The translations under genes were made by a program, and so were the position numbers. Below, in pieces: positions 41,370 to 53,459 of a stretch of 64,000 nt of DNA (position 1 is its first letter; every line of letters starts with the position of its first letter). The notes under the pieces are model-generated. The model did not search any database. It saw only the letters and a list, made by a program, of their open reading frames with translations, and was not told the DNA's origin. Source of the stretch: Octopus sinensis (taxonomy: Eukaryota). The DNA is taken from NCBI RefSeq assembly GCF_006345805.1, contig NC_043003.1, positions 89,094,001 to 89,158,000 of the forward strand, in the 5' to 3' direction.

Positions 41370-43154
41370 TCTTCATCATCGATTAAAATCAGCTTTCCAT
41401 GCGACACACACACATAAGCATTTCATCATTATCATCAGATTCCTATGCTGTTATGGTTTGGAAGGTTCGACATAAAGAGACAAGCCAGAGGGCTACACCA
41501 AAGACTAATGTCTACTTTGGTATGGTTTCTACAGCTACTCATGTGTGTGTGTGTCTTTTATCTTTCGTACCTAAATGCACATCAGAATATTTATGCCCCA
41601 CCTCATCCTTTTGTATTTATATTTAAAGATTCACACACGCACACAAACATATAATAACAACTACATGTGATGGTTGCGTAGACGATGAGGATTTTCTATT
41701 TCTGAATTAAATTGTAAAAATGGTTGAGTATTCTACAGATCCATGTACCCTAAATGTAATCCTCAGAGAGAAATCAGTCGAGTGTGTGAATTACGAGCAC
41801 CCGATAAGGTTCTCTACAGTTCCTGTTTACTCAATTCCACTCACATGGGTCAAACAAAGCTGAAGAAAGTGACCATAACTAAAGATGTTACTAAGTGAGA
41901 TTGAATTTGGGACCTTGAAAAGTAAACTTCTAAACTATTCGGCCAGTAATGAAGAACTTGAGTATCCGCAGGTGAACTCAGAGTGGCAAAAGACTTTTTC
42001 TTACAACAGTCGACACTAAACAGGTGCGTGCGTGCGTTCTTATCTTTTATCATTTACATGTTTCAGTCATTGGACTGAAGCCATGCTGGGGAATCGTCTT
42101 CAAGGAATTTAATCGAACAAATCAACCTATATACTTATTTTTGAGCCTCATACTTATTCTATCGATCTTTTTGCCGGGGATGTAAACAAATCAACACAGG
42201 TTGTTTAGCGGTGTGTGTGTGCGCGCGCGCGCATGTGTGTGTAAATCCAAACACATAAATACACATACACACAAAGTAATAAATAGTAGGAAACGCCTAA
42301 GGTACCACGCAGTGGGGCTGAATCTGGAACCAGGTGGTTGAGAGGCAAATTTCTTTACAACACAGCTACATCTTGTATTTATTTGCCTCTTTAAGTGCAT
42401 AAATGTTTGTGTGGTTTGTTTGCTTTGTTCGGGCTGTGAGATGGAAAAACAGTAAACTTGGATATTGTTTACGTTTAAAAAGTGCATGACCAGCGTTGTG
42501 TGTGTGTATGTACGTGTGTAGTCCAGATAAGAAGGACTTAAGGGTTAATAAAAACAATAGTTTCTAACTAGCAACAACTACGCCTCAGATAATAACCCTC
42601 ACTAACTGCAGAACCCAAGAAAAAAAAAAACAAGATTTGTTATACCTTGACCACGGCAAATATTGATGATGGTGAATGTCCATAACAAAAGAATCCTCTG
42701 TAAAAATTTAGACATGTTTACTCCGGGTTGTTGTGTGTCTGAGCTCCGCGGTAGTCATGAGACAAGCAAGGGAGGCAACTAACGTCACCAACTTACCTGC
42801 TGATGATATTTAGCCCTAGGTCAATCAACAATTAATCTCATTATGGATTCTTTTTGTAAAGTACATCTAGCTTTTTTTTTTTATGCCTCTAAAAACTGAA
42901 AGAAAAAAGATTCGAAGATCAAAAAGTATTAAATTTATTTTTAAATTATTATTTTCTAACATCTGTAAATCAGTTCTATATTTAAGAGATGAGAAATTAT
43001 GTACATTATTTACATTCGACAGATATTTGTCCTCATCTTGTTTGTTTTACACATTCGGCTGATATACCCTCTAAGCCTTCTTCAGGTGTCTTGAGGAAAT
43101 TTCGAACCTGGGTTCTCATTTCTAAGGTATTTTTCGATGTTATTATTATTGTTC

Positions 43155-43228
43155 AGGTCACTGCTTGGAATCGAACTCGGAATCTTGGGGTTAGTAGCCC
43201 GCGCTCTTAAACACTACGCCATATGCCC
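43155..43228 (-). other. tRNA-like (SINE head / tRNA pseudogene) sequence
   Basis: GGGCATATGGCGTAGTGTTTAAGAGCGCGGGCTACTAACCCCAAGATTCCGAGTTCGATTCC has an A box, a B box and a CT-ACT-AA loop. The anticodon and acceptor stems pair poorly, so this is not a functional tRNA. Confidence 0.7.
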
Positions 43229-43292
43229 GTAGGCAATTATGGAGTGAATTTTAGGGCTTAGGAATGAGAACCCAAGTTCGAAATTTCCCCAA

Positions 43293-43338
43293 GACACCTG
43301 ATGAAGGCTGGAGGGTATATCAGCTGAAACGTTGTGTT
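43293..43338 (+). ncRNA. Minimal type I hammerhead ribozyme motif
   Basis: GACAC-CTGATGA-A-GGCTG(gagggtatat)CAGCT-GAAAC-GT-T-GTGTT: stem I GACAC/GTGTT, intact core, stem II, palindromic ACGT stem III, GUU site. Confidence 0.65.
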
Positions 43339-43408
43339 AACAACAAACAAGATGAGGACAAATATCCGTCGAATGTAAATAATCTGTAAATCATTTTCTG
43401 ATTTTATA

Positions 43409-46400
43409 TGTAGGGATCTAGCTTGATCCTGCCTGATATTTGAAACCAAATCCACACGCTTGATGCTTGTCAAAACGAGCGAGAAATCCTCTCCACACCA
43501 GATGACTGACGAAGAAACACTCGACCCCCTAGGACCTTTCCTTGACCAGTACAGGTCCTAGGGGGTCGAGTGTTTCCTCATCAATCATTTGGTGTGGAGA
43601 GGATTTCTCGCTCGTTTTGACAAGCAACAAGCGGGTGGATTCGGTTTCAAATCTCAGGCAGTCAAGCCAGATGCCTACACCTAGGGAAAAATGCATCCAT
43701 ACAAAATGCATTTTAGGACAAGGTGAAAATAACGTTCAATTGTGAAAAGCATTTTACTGTTGGTGAATGTGATGCAAGACTGAGAAAAATTGTGCATATC
43801 AAGAGAGAGAATCTTGAGAAGGTATTGTTACGGACCACCTGCCGTCGCTCAAACTCTTCGGGAAACCCGGGACCCTATCAAGTCGAGCGACGACGATTCA
43901 CGGTGATCGATCGGTGAACTCGCCACGGACTCAGGGAGAGAGAGAATTCGGCGGGGGAGGGAAAAGGCGGCAGCGAACCCGGCAGGACCGGCGACCGGAG
44001 ATAACAACAACAACAAATAGGAAGAGATACAGAGAGAGACGGCGGAAGGCAATTGGCTACATTTAACAACAGTTTATACAATTATTACAACATCAAATAA
44101 ATCAAAGATACAACAGGTATACAACAAATCAAATTAAAGCATGCAGATACAATATACAGTTCAGAGACAAATAAGTTCAGATCAAATCAAAACAACGATA
44201 CACTTCAATGTTCAAATCACATTAAAGTATTTCTCTTTCTTTTTCAACACGTATCAACAACTCTGTAACACAATTCACAATGTTCTTTATAATCTCATTT
44301 CTTTTTCTCTTTAGTACTGTTCTTTCTTTTTTCCTCTTTCCTTCTTTTTTTTCACATCAATTCTCTTTTTAGTTCAACACATCAAAATACAACAACCAAA
44401 AGACACAAACAAAACTTTACCGGACGTTCTTTCCCGTCTGCAACAATTTCAGAAAACTACTACCGTAATCGCCATGCCCTCTCGCCGCAATCTCTCTCAG
44501 TTCCTTAATCTTCTCTGCCTGTCTTCCTCTTTCACGTCACTGTCACAGCAGAAACAACCTGTTACTAACCTGCTTTTTAAGGGGTGTTTCCTCGAACTTT
44601 CTTTCGCCTGAAAAAGGGTCGAAGGTCTCCCCAGAACTCATCAATCCACCTGAATCTGACAGGACAAAGGATTTATTCACAAAAGTCGGTCGCAAGCACT
44701 GTCCCTGAATTGACCCCCATAACAGTTTACAGGACAGGTATCTACTCGTTTGAGTCTGAATAGCGGTGTCACTTTGCATGCGCAGAATGCACAATATGCC
44801 AGTTGGTGCGTGACTGAGGCAGAGTGAACGAGTGTGCGCATGAGTGCAGAATATGCCAGGTGTTGCATGATTGAGGCAGTGAGTGAGTGTGCAAGGGCGT
44901 AATACATGAGTGCGAGAGAAAGTCCTGCAGCTGTGGAGTAAGCTGGGGTGAGTGAGTACGTGCACTCTCTATCCATGATATCAGCAAAAGTTTTCTTGCA
45001 GGATTGCATACTGTTTGAAAATGCCTTGAAGGGGTGCAGAAGTGAATTGTGTCTGGCGTTGTTGTCGTGGGTATTAGTTAAGATTAGCCAGAACAACGAA
45101 ATTGTGGCAAGCTAGCGCGTTGCGTCGTGCAGACAATTTTCTCTGGGGTCGAACAGAGACAAGTTGTGTCTGACAAGAGCGCAGAGAGCATGAGTTGACA
45201 TCCGGCGTACACAGAGTAGGGGGAAAGAGCTGAGCGGGCACAGACATGATGAGAACAACTCTAAAGGCATAATATTATGGTGCATGTGTAGAACTGGGTG
45301 CGTGCGAAGAAAGAAATTGCAGACATTCAAAAGGAGAACCTGTAGCAGAAGCCATGCAATAAAAACAGGTGAACAATGCGTGTGCCTGAAATTTGCAATG
45401 CCAATGGCCAATGAGAAAAATATTATAAAAATAGAGAACACTCAAAAACATAAGCATATGAATTCAATTGTTTTAATGAAACGAGTCGTCGCGAGTGGTA
45501 CATGCAAACAAATGAAGGTGTGCAGTGCAAACAAAACAGAATGAAATAAGCAAAAATGACAAACTTGACTAGAAAGTGTCCTGGTCCTGTAAAGCTAAAA
45601 ACTAGCATTTGAAATACAAAAATAAGTGCATGAAAAGAAAGTTCAAACCTATGGCTGTCGAAAACGTTGCGTGTGTGGGCTTCCATATAGAGTTATCCGG
45701 TTAGTTTTTGGTCAGATAGCTGTTCGAAATGCTGTATTTACTTATATCAGCGGTTTCTCTGGTGGATCTGTGCATCGGGTTGCAGTGCATTCTCTGGCAG
45801 GTCGAAAGTGAATTGTGGTTGTCCATTGTGTCGACGAGTTCTTTTCCTTCGTGTTGTGTGACAGTCAAAATGAAAACTGTGTGTAGTGAAAGTTGTTATT
45901 CTTGTCTTCGAAGTGACGAGCATGATGTGAAAGCTGTAATTCTTGAGTTCGGATCACCGGAATGTAGTGAGGAAATGGAAAATTAAACTGCAGAACAAAA
46001 GATTGTCTTCGTTTTCCAAATGCAATTAAGTTGGTGAAGCAGAGGCAATCATGTATTAGAACGTCGGGAAGGATACGGGGCAACAGCTGTTAGATGAAGG
46101 TTGTAGATCTTTTAGCTTGAGTCACCAATTGTGGTGGTAATGTTTTCAGTTGAAGTCGCGGATTACCAATTGTAATCGATAGACGTGAAGATGGTTCAAG
46201 CGAAAGCTACAATTCTTTTGCTCGGGGGTCACCAATTGCAGCCGTCTAAATGTGATGTGCCATATCAGCTCGATATGATGTAGCCCACTACTGAATGTAG
46301 CATTTAGATGTAACGCTTCAAGGTTCTCACATCGGAGTACCAGTAATCATCGAAGGATCAACACCAAGAAAGAAGAAATATTATTTACATATATTTATTC

Positions 46401-46905
46401 GTTTGCCCAACATAAAGAGACAATAGCAATCCTAGTGATAGTGACACGGTTGGCTCGCTGATTAGTAGTTGATAGTGTGGGAAAAGGTTGTCTGTCAATA
46501 GAGAGTGAAAGAGTAAGGAATGCACGGTGCTGACTTGAAAAGATAAAGGTGGCAGTGTCTTTCTTGCGGCCGAAAGGTAAGTGCTGCTCTTGGTCATGGC
46601 TGACACAAAAGAGCATGTAGCTCGTTGGTCTGGCTCACACAAAAGAGAGGGTGTTGTTCCTTGGTCATAGCTAACACATAAGAGAAAGAGATAGGAAGTT
46701 CTCTCTGTTATATAGACTATGGTCAGTAATGTAGGTCAAACCTTAAACAAAGGTCTGACCTTTCCTTGACCAGCACAGATCCTAGGGGATCGAGTATTTC
46801 CTCATCAATCATCTGGTGTGGAAAGGATTTCCCGCTAGTTTTGATAAGCAGCAAGCAGGTGGATTCGGTTTCAAATCTCAGGTAGGGTCAAGCTAGATCC
46901 CTACA
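43409..46905. mobile_element. Non-coding 3.5-kb TIR element with TGTAG...CTACA termini and TATA flanks (Ginger-like), carrying an extra internal copy of its right end
   Basis: TIR about 140 bp, with the first 18 bp perfect (TGTAGGGATCTAGCTTGA). TATA at 43405-43408 and 46906-46909. A third repeat copy at 43541-43679. Three 22-23 bp subterminal repeats at 46591, 46626 and 46662. Confidence 0.8.
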
Positions 46906-46925
46906 TATACGTACATACATGTATG

Positions 46926-49185
46926 TTGGCTCTCTTCTCTAGGAAGAGAGCCAATACACACAAATACATCATTCCCCGAGCCAGGAGAATACTCATGCAG
47001 CGGAGAATAAAGATCTTGAATCATTTAAACAAATTCCTTAATGACAGTATGAAATCCCACCTGACAGAGGAACTCTTCGAGATAGAAAATAAACTCAAAA
47101 TCACCCATGAAAAAGAAAGAAAAACCTGGACAGTTGAAAATATAAAAAGAAATCCTAAAGCCTTCAACACAGCAAAGGAGTCTGCCTCAGTACGCTATAA
47201 GATAGGGCCACTATTTGGTAAAAACAGCTAAGTGCAGACCCAGGGAAGATAAGTGAAACACTAAATAAGCAACTCCGAAGTGTTTTCACTTTTTCCACTG
47301 GAAAATATGCAAATAAACAAGCCTGAGTTTTTCAATGTAACGAATCTACTTGGAAAAGAGGCAACCATCGATTATATCAGCATAACAGAAGAGGCTGTAA
47401 TATTGGCCATTGATGAGATGAGATCAAACTAAACAACAGGCCCAGATGGACTCCTGGCTGTTCTCTTAAAGACATGTAAAAAGACTCTTGCAAAGCCACT
47501 GCAGATACTCTTTCAGAGTTTCCTTGCATGTGGTAATCTTCCCAACATGCTAAAAGAAGGTATAATATGTCTTGTCCATAAAGGAGGGAGCAGAGCAGAT
47601 GCTAAAAACTACTGGTCCATCTCTCTGACCTCACATGTTAGCAAGACAATGGAGCACATTGTCAGAAAAAGGCTGATCACATTCCTAGAAGAAAACAACT
47701 TTCTCACAGACATGCAGTATGGCTTCTGTCCAGGGAGAAGCTGCCTCACACAGCTACTGTAGCACTTTGACTGGGTACTGAAACAACAGATAAACCAGTC
47801 TGCTGTAGTCGTGATATACTTCGACTTTGCCAAGACCTTCGACAAGGTTGATCATTGCATGATATGTCACAAGCTGTGAAACCTTGGTATTACTGGGAAA
47901 CTGGGAGAGTGGCTGCATGACTTTCTGTTGTAGCCAGTAGTGCTCACTCTGAAGAGACACCAGTTCTTAGTGGAGTCCCACAGAGAACTGTACTAGGGCC
48001 ACTACTATTTGTGATGGCCCTCTCAGACATGCCCTCCACAGTACAGTCAGCCAATCTGACCAGTTATGCTGACAACACAAAATCATCACAGGCAGTTAGG
48101 AACCCAGAGGACATCATAAAACTACAGAAAGACCTGAATGACATATACAAATGGGTTAACATAAATAACATGCAGTTCAATGCTATGAAATTTCAGGCAC
48201 TCCACTATCAGCCCAACACCGGGCTAAAATCAGAATACACAGGACCAGAAGGTAATACGATCCCAAAGTCAGAGTCAGTGCATGACCTGGGGGTTCACAT
48301 GAGCAGTGGGGTAACATTCCATGTGCATATTAACAAGATAGCAACACTGTGCCGGCGAGTGGCTGGGAGGATTCTGAGGACATTCAGAACCAGGAAAAGG
48401 GAAGATCAGCACAAAGAAGCAAAAGATACTGTTTCTCATAGGCCGGCTTAGAACCAGTGAGGAAGAAGAATCACGTCGACTCTACACAATTGTTTTAGTT
48501 GAGAGAATATTCCACATGAATATTCTTACGTCAGGGTCATCATTTTGGTGAAGAATGCTGTGTTCTTGTTTGTGTTAAGGTACATGTTCTGGTATGGCAA
48601 ACAACATCGAGTCAAAGTTCAACGACAAGTTTCTTACAAACATGATTACATCTTACGTGATTGACGCTGAAACAGAAGAGAGTAAGAAATGCACCTGCTA
48701 CATAATGTGGTAGCAGTAATGGCTAAAGGCGAAGCAAGCTAGCAGTCCTTGGTGGTTGTGACAGTTGACAAGTCAAAGTGTTTACGAGTGAGAATGGTGG
48801 AAAAAAAGAAAGATTGTTGTTTCTCTAGGGTTTTTATGCCTCCCTAGCAAAAGTGCCATTGCAGTGCCACCTACCAACAACAGAATGAGGGAGCACAACT
48901 CTGCCCTGTTCCTTTTAGCTCTTATGGCCCTGCTACAAGCTAAACCCTCCAAGACCTTCTAAATATACTTCACTGCATATCTCTCTTGTTTTCTCTCCAG
49001 AGAATAGAGACTCAGCTCCTTTATCCTCACCCAGTAGCCCATCTTTTGTATTGAGTCAATCTTCTTTGTGTATTGACTCTGGATTGCTTTGAGTTCCACA
49101 GTTTGTTTCACACTCTCTGGAACCATAGTTGGGAGCAGTAGTCCAAGCAGGTGTGTACAAAAGTCCTCCATAAGAGTAGCAGGTC
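46926..49185 (+). mobile_element. Degenerate CR1-group LINE related to 9559-14074; its last part (48938-49185) lies in inverted orientation
   Basis: ORFs 46923-48451 parallel 11905-13400. Minus ORF 48959-49171 continues the RT C-terminus (VELKAIQSQYTKKI...SLERKQERY). Confidence 0.85.
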
Positions 49186-50812
49186 ATCACCCAACGTTTT
49201 CTGTACCCAGGAGCAACATGCAGCATTCTTCTTTCCTCGTCTTTAGCGTCTCTGGTTTGCTCAAGTGGGAGCTAACTTCACAGCAAGCAATATTCAGTCA
49301 AGCCAGCAGCAACTAAGCATTCTACTTAGCACCATTCCTGTTGCCTTAGCCACTCAATTCAAGGATCTAATAACTGACATGCTACACAACGCAACTTATA
49401 CATCCATAAAGTGCAAAGTTCTTAGCAGGACATCTCTATTGGCTGAGTGTCATTTCCAGACCCTGGTACATGATGAACATTTCAGTAACATTCTTCATCG
49501 CATTCGCAGTCTCACAGACAAGTCCCCTAAAGACGGCTCTCTTCTAAAATAACTGTTCTTCTCGTGCCTACTCTCACATGTTCAGGCAATTTTGGTGCCC
49601 ATGACCAAAGGAAGTTCAGTAGAACAAATCGCAAATTTGGCCGATAAAATCATGGAATTTTCCAGAAATCTACCCACAGCAGACAGTTGTTGTTGTAACT
49701 TTTTTATTAACGGCTATGGCAACCACCAACGGCAGCTCTACCCAGTCAGCAACTTTAGAAGCCATTTTAAACCTGCTGGTGCAGAGTTATGTTTGTATCA
49801 AAACTTTCAGCATCATGGTCGTTCAACCAGTCGTGGCTGGCATTCCTCACCACATAGTTTTTGTTGATACCATGACCATTTTGGCGTAAAGGCATGGAAA
49901 TGCCTTCCACCATGTTCTTATGTGCACCAGGAAAACTAACCAAGGAGACCCTGAGCATGTCAGGAGCTCCCACTACCCCTAATCATGCATTTTTTTGTAC
50001 TACACTGCAACCCGCACAAGAATTTTATGGTCAACACTGGCACTTCATGTAGCATCTGGCTGGTAAAGTTCTTGATGGGTAAGCCTATTCTCTCTTGAAT
50101 TTCTCTGCAAGCTGTCAACCATTCTCTTATCGACATGTTCGAGCAGTTATCTCTCTCCTTGGATTTTGCTCTATGGAGGGACTTTAAATGGATTTTTGTA
50201 ATTGCGGACCTACCCTATCCTATTCTTGGGGCAGATTTCCTCCACTGCTTCTCACTGTTGGTGGACGTTTGCCAACAGCATTTGTTGGATAGCTCAATGC
50301 AGTTATCGGTTCCTGGTTGTCCAGCATTCACTCCTGTTGTAAGCCCGGTATCTTTTAGTGCTGTATCCGATGATACATACCATTCTCTTCTCAACTCATT
50401 CCCAGATTTTACTGATTTAACCTTCAACGTCGTTGATCCTGTACATTCAATGGGACATTTTATCGACACCAATGGTCCACCAGTGTTTACTTGTCCTCAC
50501 TGTCTTTCTCCTGATAAACTCAAGGCTGTAAAAGCAGAATTCGATTACATGCTCCAGCTGCAACTTATTCATCCTTCTACTAGCCCCTGGTTTTCCCCTC
50601 TCCATTTAGTCCCCAAAGGAAAGACTGACATCCACCCAGTTGGTGATTATTGAAGATTAAATGCTATTACGACACCGGACAGATACCTAATTTGACACCT
50701 GCAGGACTTTTCTTCTACCTTGCATGGTAGTACTGTTTTTTCTAAAGTTGATTTCATCCAGGTGTATCACCAGATTCCTTTAAATCCAGACAATATACCA
50801 AAGACTGCCATA
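48407..50812 (+). mobile_element. Ty3/Gypsy LTR retrotransposon remnant; putative 5' LTR and leader (48407-48937) inverted
   Basis: Gag motif LWFAQVGANF...LIT...Y..IK (49255-49450), decayed protease (about 50030), and RT start (HFIDTNGPP...SPWFSPLHLVPK...GDY.RLN...DRY...FSKVD...YHQIPL...KTAI) truncated at about 50810. Confidence 0.85.
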
Positions 50813-50824
50813 TATAATTCATAG

Positions 50825-51470
50825 ATTAGACCATCAAGTCGTGGTGCTTTGTTCCTGCTGCAGTCTGCCATAGCATCCTCCTCCTCTGCAGCTGTGATTA
50901 ACTCTTCACAGCTCTCCGCTTCTCACCCCGAGAGATGCGGCAGCCCAGCAAGGAAGTCCGTAAGGTTCCTCCTACTTTCTGGTCCACAGCTACTCCCAAA
51001 AAGTTAAGTGAAGTGCTCCTGAAAGGCCATGCACATTTCCTTGGGTTCGTTTACCAATTTAACTTGTTGATTCGTCAAAGATCTTACTGTGGCATTATTG
51101 CCACATTAAGCTTCTACCACTCGGGCCCATCCAGCAGCCTTGATTCCCTCACATCCCATTACATGAGTTCTAGCTCTGATAATGCTTCCCATGTGTTTGG
51201 CTTCGAGGTGCTGGTTTAATTCCAGTCTCTTTGCCAACACCAAGGTTGCAGAACCAATCCTCATTGCTTCTTCTAGTGCCTTAACTAGTGCTCTTTCCTT
51301 CCTAGACTCCTTAGCCACTCGTCCTATGTTATATCTAACAGACTCAAATTTTATGGCTCGCTTGAGGGTATACCACCATTTATTGTTCAAAATAGAACCG
51401 GTCAATGTCCTCTGTACTAACAACTTAATCCGACTTCTGTACTCCTTGTCCGCCAAAAGGGACATGTTGA
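50825..51470 (-). mobile_element. L1/Tx1-clade ORF2 fragment (region between APE and RT)
   Basis: Minus translation includes WW.TLKRAIK...GSIIRAR...EMCMAFQEHF...ITAAE..DAM......KAPRLDGL. Confidence 0.65.
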
Positions 51471-51473
51471 GTT

Positions 51474-51515
<42 letters not shown>

Positions 51516-52554
51516 TGTCATCAATATCCTTTTATGCCTGTTTCATGCTGGCAACAGAATTTTTGATACTGAAAACAAAAATCTGAAGAATATTGTTTTA
51601 AGAAGGTAAAATAAAATCAATTAGAGAAAGTGCTTGTTTGTGTGTGTTTGTGTATACATACATGCACACACACACACACATAAATACATACATACATAGC
51701 TGATATAAAAATTGGTTGAATTCTCCAATCATGCTTTACATCATATAGAGAGAGGAGGGAAGACATTAAAATGAGATACGAAACAGAGTGAACAGAAGAG
51801 CTGCAGGATGAGTGACCTTACTAAGTTTGATGATAGGAGGAGAGGGAATAAATGACAGTAGTTTTGGAAGGAGTTATACAAATGAGAAATTTAATTTTAA
51901 GTTAATGTTTTTCTTTAGAATAACAGTAGTCACTTCATTTTATACAAGCACCTGGACATTTGTTAAAAGTTAAATGATAATTATTGTACGTATGTGTTTA
52001 ATTTAATTTTAATTTAAGGTAATATTTTTCTTTTGAAAATCAATATTCATTTCATCACTAAGTATAAGCACCAAGAATTTAATAAAAGTTAAGCTATAAT
52101 TATTGTATGCATGGTATATATTTCCTGATATTACCTATGATGGTAAAAGTATACCTCCAAAGTCACCTGTCATATGATGGTTAGTACTTCTAGTATGCTC
52201 TTGTGTATGTGCATGCATGCATATATATGTACACACATGCATACACATTAGTTTTTCACTAAGCTGGAAACAGATGGATGAAATAATAAATTAGAGATAT
52301 TACTCATTGACTCTAATACTGACTCTTACTTTATTTTATTGAGCTCCAAAAGAATTAAGGTAGACTTGATCTTGGTGATATTTGAACTCAAGACATAAGG
52401 AATCATAATTAAACACCACTGTGCATTTTTTCAGATACTCTAACGATTCTGTTACTTCACTACTAAACTAGTTGCCTGGTTTTAGTGATGGATTCTCGTA
52501 GAATAAAAAATAAATTGTTGATAAACTAAGATCCCAACTTATTTCAAATCTAGG

Positions 52555-52958
52555 CAGAGCTGTGTTCTTAACAAGTTTGCTACATGGTTCTGGGTTCAAT
52601 TCCACTTCATGACAACTTGCAAGTGTTTTTTACTGTGGCCTTGGGTTCATTAGTGCTATTGGTAAGTGGAAACTATAGAAACTGACATCCTCATAAACTG
52701 TGTGTGTGTGCGTGCGCACGTGCATGCATGTGTGCATGCACACGTGCGTGTGTGCGTGTCTGTCTGTGTCAGTCTATGTGTACTGCTGTAAATCAGTGTG
52801 CCAAGTCACATTCCTTTAATTAAAAAAGGAAAACTTATTTGATAAACAAAGAACTAAAAAGTTGAAAAAGGTTGGAATCAATTTGATCAACTAAAACCTT
52901 GAAAGCATGGCCACAGTCCCAGCATGGCCACAGTCCAATGAGTGAAAACACTAAAAGA
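52555..52958 (+). mobile_element. tRNA-derived SINE with a CR1-group LINE-type 3' tail
   Basis: Head with GGGTTCAATTCC, internal (TG)n, and a tail CCCAGCATGGCCACAG that matches 14016-14032. Confidence 0.6.
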
Positions 52959-53459
52959 GTGTCATGCTTTTGCATTTTTCATTTACCTGTGTAAAGGGTG
53001 GCACACTGGCAGAATTTGTGGAATCCTAAACTCACATGGAGCTTTCATTTAACTGGTCATCATGAGTAGGTGTAGAGATATATATATAATAACAGTAATG
53101 ATAAAAAAAAAATTTAAAAAAAGCTAAGCTGTTGCATACAGGAAATAGGCATTTAGAGTTAGACAATAAAAAAGGAAGCAATGTTCAGTCTTAGATGTCT
53201 TCTTGAATGCTCCCATTTAAAGATGAGAAGTGTCCAACGTGATCCTACATAACACCTTGCCAACAAAAAAGAGAAGAGATATTCCATGGTAATTCCCACA
53301 GTTATCTTTCCAACCTTTCTCTAAAAAGAGAACCCTCAAGAGTAGATCTTTCCAATCATTTGGGACACACACTTCAATCCTAACTTTTTGCATTTACACA
53401 TTTGTAGTGGTTATATGTGTATCAATGAACATAGATACAAATTGCACTAATCAGAGATC

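Larger units (their letters stand above)
42973..43381 (-). mobile_element. tRNA-headed, hammerhead-containing foldback retroelement with a 12-bp TSD
   Basis: Inverted arms 43005-43126 / 43257-43383. Central tRNA-like sequence 43155-43228 (-). Direct repeat ATCTGTAAATCA at 42961-42972 and 43382-43393. Confidence 0.82.

Noticed and set aside
43155-43228. Functional tRNA gene (also the tRNA-like arms at 24250-24328 and 24424-24490)
   Set aside because: The acceptor and anticodon stems pair poorly and the sequences are embedded in mobile elements.
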